A stretch of DNA of 64,000 nucleotides from an uncultured bacterium. GTDB lineage: Bacteria > Zixibacteria > MSB-5A5 > JAABVY01 > JAHJOQ01. Shown here one piece after another: positions 57,605 to 64,000 of the stretch (its first letter is position 1; every line of letters begins with the position of its first letter). The stretch covers positions 19,186 through 83,185 of the forward strand of contig CBDUQR010000006.1 of the NCBI GenBank assembly GCA_965369655.1, written 5' to 3'. Under the pieces are notes generated by a model. That model had not been told where the DNA came from, made no database searches, and was given only the letters and a program-made list of their open reading frames with translations. A program made the translations under genes and the position numbers.

Positions 57605-57694
57605 GTAGGTCGAAACCCTTGCCTGTCCTGAGCCTGCGAAGGGCGGTTTCGACAACAGGAGAAGAATGTCGAAAGCACAGGGCTTTCGACCTAC
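57605..57694. repeat. GTAG-type REP doublet
   Basis: GTAG-GTCGAAACC...GGTTTCGAC and inverted GTCGAAAGC-ACAGG-GCTTTCGAC-CTAC. Confidence 0.85.
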
Positions 57695-57890
57695 GAACTT
57701 CCTCGCCTTTCAGCACCGGAAGCAAATTTAGATCATGCGTCAACATCTTGTAAATGATCTTGGCCAGATGATCCTCACATTCCACTGTCGTTACGATCGG
57801 CTGCATCACCTCCGAAACAGGTCGGCTGGACTGCTCCCGCATCTCCTGCCCGACTTTGCCCATAGAGAGGTCCACAAGATCCGGAGCCGC
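57695..57890 (-). pseudogene. CBS-domain gene fragment truncated at the REP element
   Basis: RPVSEVMQPIVTTVECEDHLAKIIYKMLTHDLNLLPVLKGEEV follows the CBS pattern; similarity stops at the repeat. Confidence 0.65.
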
Positions 57891-57990
57891 TTATCAACAA
57901 CATTAGCCGAGTCAGACAGTAATCGTATCGACGGAAAACGATCTCATCCCGATATTCACAGAGAAATGTGATTTGGCGGGCAATCAAAAA

Positions 57991-58063
<73 letters not shown>

Positions 58064-58145
58064 AAATGGTTTTCCTATTTAATCTAATGATCGGATGATG
58101 TCAATATGTTTTAATCAGGAAATACGCACTGAAAGGCCGGTCATA

Positions 58146-58436
58146 TCACTGAGCAAGCAACGACGATGATAGCTCAGAAAGACGCTTTTCGAGCAAGTCT
58201 ATCTTCCCAAGAAGCAAGTCGAGTTTGGCATCGATATCTTTCGAGCATGAAGCCTGCTCCTTCAGTTCGAGAGCCTGTCGCGACAAGTTCGCCGTCATGT
58301 TGTCGATCTTCTCATCGAGTTGCTCCAGAGCGGTCTGCAACTTAGGAATATCCGTATTGACGATATTGCCTATGGCATCGACACTGAGCTGCAATTCCTC
58401 AATCGGTTGGAGTTCCTGATTCTTCTTTCGCTGCAT
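58146..58436 (-). CDS. Small coiled-coil hypothetical protein
   Basis: GAGAGGA before the ATG at 58436; heptad-like Leu/Ile periodicity. Confidence 0.65.
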   Translation of the reverse strand: MQRKKNQELQPIEELQLSVDAIGNIVNTDIPKLQTALEQLDEKIDNMTANLSRQALELKEQASCSKDIDAKLDLLLGKIDLLEKRLSELSSSLLAQ

Positions 58437-59382
58437 GCTGATCCTCTCTATCCAGGCGATCCATGTTCCTGAAAGTCCATGTCGCGATTGATCGCGCCAC
58501 ACTGAACCTCGTGCCGGACCATGGCGCACCAAGTACCACAACAGTAATATCGTGGCCGTTAATATCCGTGAGACGAGTAGCGAAGCAATATCCCGACTTC
58601 TGTATGTAGCCGGTTTTGCCGCCCTTCACTTTCCACTTCGACTTGAGCAATCTGTTCGTATTGACGATATTGCGAAGCCTCTTGTGGTTCGTCGATCGGT
58701 ACGAGTAGCGAGTAGTCGTGGCCGCGTTGGAGATGAGCTTCTGACTCAAGGCAGCATTAAGCAACATGGCGCACTCCCGCGCAGTTGAGACATTGCGGGC
58801 GTCGAGTCCGGTCGGGTCAACGAACTTCGTCTCGAAGAGTCCCAGAGATCGCGCCTTTTCGTTCATCCGCTCGGCGAACTGCTCTCTCGACAGTCCGGTG
58901 GAGCGGGCAAGCGCCCGCGCCGCGCGATTATCCGAGTTGATCAACATGATATAGAACAGATCAGACGCATGGAATTTCTCACCGACTTTCAGTCGGGACT
59001 TCGCCGAATTCCGAGCATCCTCCCTGGTTATGCAGATAACTCTGGACCAGTCGAAATCCATGTCAATCAGCGTCAGTGCAGTCATGAGCTTTGTCAGCGA
59101 TGCAATCGATCTCGCTTTCCCGGAGTTCCTGTCCAGCAACACCTCTTTCGTCGTGTTGTCGATCACGATAGCGGACTTGCAGTTCAGGTTCGGCCATCCG
59201 CGCATCTCCCTCTCAGTCGGGAAGTATACCTCGTATGACAGCGTCGCAGCCGTCGCCAGCGATGCGTTCAGGCAGGGTGAGTGCTCAACGATTGCGCGCA
59301 ACGGGAAGCCGAAACGGTAGTGCGCGCACAATAACAGAACTGCCGCAAGAACGATGATGATAAGTCTTCTACGTTGTCGCAT
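58399..59382 (-). CDS. Peptidase S11 D-alanyl-D-alanine endo/carboxypeptidase (PBP7-like)
   Basis: SLTK (SxxK), SDN and KTG motifs; N-terminal anchor; no PBP5 C-terminal domain. Confidence 0.92.
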   Translation of the reverse strand: MRQRRRLIIIVLAAVLLLCAHYRFGFPLRAIVEHSPCLNASLATAATLSYEVYFPTEREMRGWPNLNCKSAIVIDNTTKEVLLDRNSGKARSIASLTKLMTALTLIDMDFDWSRVICITREDARNSAKSRLKVGEKFHASDLFYIMLINSDNRAARALARSTGLSREQFAERMNEKARSLGLFETKFVDPTGLDARNVSTARECAMLLNAALSQKLISNAATTTRYSYRSTNHKRLRNIVNTNRLLKSKWKVKGGKTGYIQKSGYCFATRLTDINGHDITVVVLGAPWSGTRFSVARSIATWTFRNMDRLDREDQHAAKEESGTPTD

Positions 59383-60184
59383 TCGTCCGTTCTTCCTCCT
59401 CTATCTCCAGCCGCAAAAGATCAGTCATCTCTCTGGCGTTCTGAACCGCCTGACCTGCATAACAATTGTTGAAGAAAATGTATTTTTCGCTGGTCTTTTC
59501 CCTGACCTCGCGAATCCTTCTGATCCATCGCTTCAACTCGACTTTAGTATAAAGATAATCGTAGCGAAACGCACCGCCGCGCCACCACTGCTTCGCATTG
59601 CGGCCATGAAGCCTGATATAGATCCGGCCCGCTGTATTGAAGATCTCCGGCCTCGGAAGAGCATCGATTTGAGGCCCATCCATAGAACAGAAATGAAGCT
59701 TGCTTTCATCGAAAAGCACCAACACCTCATCTCGCTGCCAGCCACGATGCCTGAACTCGAAATACAACGGATATCCATGCAAAAGATCGCGCACTCTTGT
59801 CAGATACGTGAGGTTCTTTTGCGACCAGCGAAACGAATAGGGAAATTGAAGCAGCAGCCCCCTGAGCTTCCCGGCTTCGACCAGCGGGCTCACGCTCTCC
59901 TTGAATTTATCTACGCCGGCGAGAATATCGCTTCGATCGTGAGTGATACTCTTGTGAGTCCTGACCATGAAACCGAAACCTTCCGGCGTCTTCCTCTCCA
60001 TATTCGCAAATACCTTTTTATTCGGTATCGAGTGGTACAACGAGTCTATCTCAATGACATCGAAATGCTGAGCATAGTAATCGAGCATCTTGCTGTTCTC
60101 GATTCCCTTTGGATAGAACGGTCCGATCCAGTCAAGATATGAATACCCCGATGTTCCAATTCTGATGTTATCGAGATCAGCCAA
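59369..60184 (-). CDS. DUF72 family protein
   Basis: IGTSGYSY.DW.G.FYP, LLQFP.SF, EFRH, YIRLHGRN, YDYLY and FFNN motifs. Confidence 0.93.
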   Translation of the reverse strand: MADLDNIRIGTSGYSYLDWIGPFYPKGIENSKMLDYYAQHFDVIEIDSLYHSIPNKKVFANMERKTPEGFGFMVRTHKSITHDRSDILAGVDKFKESVSPLVEAGKLRGLLLQFPYSFRWSQKNLTYLTRVRDLLHGYPLYFEFRHRGWQRDEVLVLFDESKLHFCSMDGPQIDALPRPEIFNTAGRIYIRLHGRNAKQWWRGGAFRYDYLYTKVELKRWIRRIREVREKTSEKYIFFNNCYAGQAVQNAREMTDLLRLEIEEEERTNATT

Positions 60185-60199
60185 TCGGAACCTCCAATC

Positions 60200-60799
60200 T
60201 TAAGAAATCACTCCCAGAGCATCTCTGAGTATGAACTCGAATCTCCCTATCAGCAGAGAGATTCTCGACATCACCGTGTAGCCGAATGTCGCTCCGAAGA
60301 ACACCATCAGGAAATATGTGCCGAGCCGCGTGACTTTTCCGAAAACTCCCTCCTGGCGTTTCGAGAAATAGAAATAAGCGATAGTACTGATAATCCCAAC
60401 CAGGATTACCACGCCATTGATTGTTGCCAGCGACTGCATCGACGCAGACATCTGTCTGAGTATCCGCGCCTGTAGCATCGCCGGAATCGAGATTCCCGCT
60501 CCGAAACCGATCATCAGCGAAAGCGGCAGTCTTGACAAATATGCCCATCGCTTGTTGAGCCTCGCGAACATCAGGAGTCCCAGACAGACAGGCACGAGCA
60601 CGAGATACTCTCCCTCGAAGAACAACTGCTCGATCACCAGCGGATATATCGTATTCCTGCAAATGATGACGAGGTAATACCCGACTGAAATCCCGACAAG
60701 CAGGTATTCGGCAAAGCGATAAAACGGATTCTCTTTGTACAGGAAAGAAAACACCAGGATTGTCAGCACGAGAGCCATCAATGTTCCCAGGTCCGTCAT
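60200..60799 (-). CDS. Membrane protein of unknown function (about 6 TM)
   Basis: SFLYKENPFYRFAE...G...FLMVFFGATFG.TVMSRISLL. Confidence 0.8.
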   Translation of the reverse strand: MTDLGTLMALVLTILVFSFLYKENPFYRFAEYLLVGISVGYYLVIICRNTIYPLVIEQLFFEGEYLVLVPVCLGLLMFARLNKRWAYLSRLPLSLMIGFGAGISIPAMLQARILRQMSASMQSLATINGVVILVGIISTIAYFYFSKRQEGVFGKVTRLGTYFLMVFFGATFGYTVMSRISLLIGRFEFILRDALGVIS

Positions 60800-61596
60800 T
60801 TCTTCTTCCTCAGTGCAGCGATATTCGCCAGAACCACGAGCGCGATAATCGCCAGGTGTCCCGATGACTGCGCGAGCATCCCCCTGTGCCCGCTGCCGAC
60901 ATAACCGAGAAGGCTTTCATATTCGGCAGCACCCTTCAGGCCGCCCACAAATCCGACAAGCTGGCCCGAAGCGGTATAGGGATAATACGATGTCGCCATT
61001 ACCGCGGTAATTCCCGCCGCGATCTTCTGTCCATACCGGCTGCCTGCATACTCTACCCAATATGTCGGCAGCGAGCCGTCCGCAATCGAGACGACCAGGG
61101 AAATGTCGCGATAATTATTCACGTCCGAAAATGACGAAAAATCTGTCCAGTCGTTATTCAGATAATCGAGCGGATAGACCTGATCGATTCTCTCCCCCAT
61201 TCCCAGAATAGCGGAGACATACTGCGGACGGAATCCCAGGTAGATGAAATCCTCACCGTACGACTTACCGTACTCATCAGCCAGCGCGGAGATGATATTG
61301 TAGCCGATGGCTGTGCCTTCGGAGAAAAGCGCCAGTCCGACTATGCGCAAGTCTTTTTCAAACGCGTGCCTTATCAAAGCTTCAGCTACAGGCTGGATTT
61401 CGGCCATGGATGACGCCTCGAAATCGAACGACATCATGATGAACTTGCGAGCGGGAAGACCGTCAATTTCGCCGAATACTTTCCGCACTTCAGGTCCGAC
61501 GCTGACAGGCAGTGGAACCTTGATCAGAAGCGGCACTGCGACAGCGACCGCAATAACGAGATAGATAATCCGCCTGTCGATTCTGCTCAAGTCCAC
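60796..61596 (-). CDS. Membrane-anchored protein of unknown function
   Basis: N- and C-terminal TM helices; YG.DFIYLGF; YPY..SGQLVG..GGLKGAAEYE. Confidence 0.8.
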   Translation of the reverse strand: MDLSRIDRRIIYLVIAVAVAVPLLIKVPLPVSVGPEVRKVFGEIDGLPARKFIMMSFDFEASSMAEIQPVAEALIRHAFEKDLRIVGLALFSEGTAIGYNIISALADEYGKSYGEDFIYLGFRPQYVSAILGMGERIDQVYPLDYLNNDWTDFSSFSDVNNYRDISLVVSIADGSLPTYWVEYAGSRYGQKIAAGITAVMATSYYPYTASGQLVGFVGGLKGAAEYESLLGYVGSGHRGMLAQSSGHLAIIALVVLANIAALRKKK

Positions 61597-61599
61597 AGA

Positions 61600-62223
61600 C
61601 TAATTCCTTCCGAGGTAGCTTCTCTCGATCCCGAGAATGACCCTGAGCGCAGTCGTTATCGAGCCGAGGCCTATTCCGATCAGGACCGCGCGCTTGGCGG
61701 ACATCGACGGCACGTTGAGTATCCACTCGGCGGCTTCTGGAATCCTCGCGCTGATCATCTCTCCTACCGGGACACGCCCGAGCATTATGATTATTGCTGC
61801 CGCGAGGAGAATCCCTGCCTCGATATTTCGTAACCTGAATCCCCTATATGCGGCGGTAGCGACAAAGAACGCCAGCAACGCAAAGACTGTCGATTGTATG
61901 GGCACCTGCATATTGTCGAACATCCACATAAATGCGGTCCCGCGCCCGGTCCCTCCGGCAAAACCGAAGAAAGCCATGACCAGTACGCCGACGATGGTTA
62001 CGATGCTGTATCCCCAGAATTTCTCTCTTCTCGAAACGCGGCCAAGATGTATCTGCAAGAGCGACACAACGCCGACGAGCAACGTGAATGCGAATATGAT
62101 CTGCACCCAGTCGAGCACGGTCGAGTATGCCGAGACAGCGGCCGGATGAGGCGAAAAATACTGCGCCAGTCCGAACAGACCGAACAGGAAACAGACAGCT
62201 ATCGGGATTTTCTTAGCAAGCAT
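61600..62223 (-). CDS. Membrane protein of unknown function (about 6 TM)
   Basis: STVFALLAFFVATAAYRGFR...MLGRVP.G...RVILGIERSYLG. Confidence 0.8.
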   Translation of the reverse strand: MLAKKIPIAVCFLFGLFGLAQYFSPHPAAVSAYSTVLDWVQIIFAFTLLVGVVSLLQIHLGRVSRREKFWGYSIVTIVGVLVMAFFGFAGGTGRGTAFMWMFDNMQVPIQSTVFALLAFFVATAAYRGFRLRNIEAGILLAAAIIIMLGRVPVGEMISARIPEAAEWILNVPSMSAKRAVLIGIGLGSITTALRVILGIERSYLGRN

Positions 62224-62225
62224 AC

Positions 62226-63395
62226 CTATGTCATGCCTATCCAGTCGGCTAACCCAACCATGCCGAGAGTGACGAGAACAGCTCCTGCGAGCAGGACAGC
62301 CACTATCAGTATCTTCATATAGTCCTGCGCTAGCACGGATGAGAGAACTTTGGCGTCGCCCGTCAGGTAGCCGGATGCCGCGAACAGTTCCTCGCCGATC
62401 AGCGTGTAATCGCAGGCGACCATGAAGAATGACAACTGAATTGTCGAATCCGTACCGGCTATCTGCATCGCGCCGACAGAGTTTCCGGTCTCAGCGAGTA
62501 TCAATGCCTCTCCCTCGAATGTCCCGAGCAGAAAGATCGCCGCTGGTTCATACCTCGTGATAACACCATCGACTGCGGCGGCATACCCAAGCTGCGATGA
62601 TGTCGTGTAGAATACGTTGTCGGCTTTGTAGAGGTCCGCTTGTCCCGCTTCGATGTAGGCTTCGTGTATTACCTCTTCGGCTGCCGCCATGATGACCGGA
62701 TCATGAGTCGGAAACAGGAGATCGCAACGGTAGGATGCCGTCTTCGAGGCAACATACCCGAGGATATTGAGCGCGGCGATTGTAGTCGGGCGCTGAATGT
62801 CGCCACCCCAGCCCGGCGTGAAGAGCACCGGTTTGCCCATCTCGGTCGCGCGTCCGACAGCTTCATCGACAGCCTCCAGTCCGCGAATCGGCCTGATGTG
62901 GAACGGTTTGCCGCCACGATGCGCGATGGCAACTCCCGCCATCGCCAGCAAACAGAGCAGGACTCCGACGAGTACCGGAATCCTGTCCGAATCGAACCAC
63001 TGCGCCTTCGACTCGACCCGATAGGGACATATCCACTCGGAGGTTTCATCTGAAGTGTAATTTACGATCTTGTATGAGTAACTGACGCCGTCAACAATTT
63101 CTCTATCCTCGAATGCGCCTTTCTCAATTGGCACCGCTGCCAGACGGGTCCAGGACTCGCTTTCAGGGATGCTGCGAAATATGACAAGGCTGTCGATCCG
63201 GATCGATTCTGCACCCGGCAGCATCTCCCATTCGAGCGTAATGCTGCCGCCGCCGTCAGATGGAGTATCGTAGACAGAATAAGACAGCAGATCGCCGCTC
63301 AGTGCGACTCCCGCCAGAAGACAAAATAACACAGATGTCAGAACAGGATAGGTCCTAACGATACACCTCCATACAACCTTCTCACCAAAGGACAT
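62226..63395 (-). CDS. FN3-like plus DUF6754-like membrane protein; start uncertain
   Basis: DTPSDGGGSITLEW...YSYKI (FN3-like); IRPIRGLEAVDEAVGRATEMG; LAETG; QLSFF...CDYTLIGEELFAASGYL. Confidence 0.78.
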   Translation of the reverse strand: MSFGEKVVWRCIVRTYPVLTSVLFCLLAGVALSGDLLSYSVYDTPSDGGGSITLEWEMLPGAESIRIDSLVIFRSIPESESWTRLAAVPIEKGAFEDREIVDGVSYSYKIVNYTSDETSEWICPYRVESKAQWFDSDRIPVLVGVLLCLLAMAGVAIAHRGGKPFHIRPIRGLEAVDEAVGRATEMGKPVLFTPGWGGDIQRPTTIAALNILGYVASKTASYRCDLLFPTHDPVIMAAAEEVIHEAYIEAGQADLYKADNVFYTTSSQLGYAAAVDGVITRYEPAAIFLLGTFEGEALILAETGNSVGAMQIAGTDSTIQLSFFMVACDYTLIGEELFAASGYLTGDAKVLSSVLAQDYMKILIVAVLLAGAVLVTLGMVGLADWIGMT

Positions 63396-63475
63396 GATTG
63401 TGCATGACACTAACGCCGTCAACAAAAACTGATTTTGATGTTGACTCGCGGTTGGCGGACTATCTCATTACGCAC

Positions 63476-64000
63476 ATGAAAAAACTGCTGTTGATCGCAA
63501 TCCTGCTCATGTTCTCAGCCTGCGGGAATCGGCAGGATGACGGCATTATCAGGCTCAGCTTCTGGCAGTTCTGGACTTCCCCCGATGTCAAGCCGACAAT
63601 CGAGAGGCTGATCGCGGAATACGAGACGAAACATCCGAATGTGAAAATTGATCTTGTCGATCTGACCTGGTCCGATGGTCACGAGAAGATTGTCGTGGCG
63701 TTCAGCACCGGCACAGCGCCGGACATAGTCGAACTCGGGTCGGATTGGATCGGCGAATTCGCACGCAGCGGCATGCTGTCGGATCTGACGAATTTCTATG
63801 ACAGCAACAGTTTGTCGCTGCTCATGTGGGAACCTGCGATGCAGAACAGCCGATGCTATGCCGTGCCCTGGCTGCTCGGCACGCGTGTTCTTTATTGCAA
63901 CCAGAACCTGCGCAGAATTGCGGGTATCGAGAATGCGAGTCCACCGTTGACATGGTCCGAACTGCTCGATGACGCTGGCAGGATCGATGCTTCAGGCGAT
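63476..64000 (+). CDS. ABC transporter sugar-type solute-binding lipoprotein, partial
   Basis: Manual translation MKKLLLIAILLMFSA|CG...FWQFW...EYETKHPNVKI...APDIVELGSDW...YAVPW; runs off the window edge. Confidence 0.88.
   Translation, partial: MKKLLLIAILLMFSACGNRQDDGIIRLSFWQFWTSPDVKPTIERLIAEYETKHPNVKIDLVDLTWSDGHEKIVVAFSTGTAPDIVELGSDWIGEFARSGMLSDLTNFYDSNSLSLLMWEPAMQNSRCYAVPWLLGTRVLYCNQNLRRIAGIENASPPLTWSELLDDAGRIDASGD

Noticed and set aside
14929-57694. Possible CRISPR array or IS elements suggested by GTAGGTCG repeats
   Set aside because: Copies are dispersed inverted doublets, not regularly spaced direct repeats. No cas, transposase or integrase gene was recognised in the window.
63355-63425. 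Strong SD (GGAGGTG) followed by ATC/GTT, suggesting a non-canonical or mutated start for the DUF6754-like gene
   Set aside because: An in-frame ATG exists at 63395; the start cannot be resolved without orthologues.

Overview
Bacterial chromosome segment. It probably comes from a diderm FCB-group organism: the paired 'GDAxxSGxVDIDDVVYLINYIF' dockerin-like C-termini resemble those of Zixibacteria, but this is an inference. Left to right it contains: tRNA-Val-thrS-infC-rpmI-rplT-pheS'; a sigma28-driven flagellin operon (fliC-flaG-fliD-fliS-fliT-like-flgM-like-HDOD); a DUF1015-serA-serC operon; two secreted proteins; a ~10-kb glycosyltransferase island at the end of a sigma54-driven flgFGAHIJNK-csrA-flgL-fliW operon; a GT-C-like gene, galT and a GlmU-like gene; a two-gene microcompartment satellite (BMC-H plus an aldehyde dehydrogenase with an encapsulation peptide); yhhQ; purD-purE and housekeeping genes; a GAF/NarL two-component pair; a small accessory region between convergent tRNA-Thr and tRNA-Phe; a PBP7-like peptidase; DUF72; a four-gene membrane cluster of unknown function; and a partial ABC solute-binding protein. 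The most striking structure not explained by the genes is a family of GTAG/GTGN REP-like palindromic doublets. One ~140-bp copy is intergenic and nested inside another element. A near-identical copy is translated in frame as the 47-codon linker between the methyltransferase and GT9-like halves of a flagellar glycosylation gene. Other notable points are a FlgM-like protein with two tandem anti-sigma motifs, a long structured fliC leader with CsrA sites and a uORF, and a candidate sRNA. All calls come from motif recognition by eye; no searches were run.
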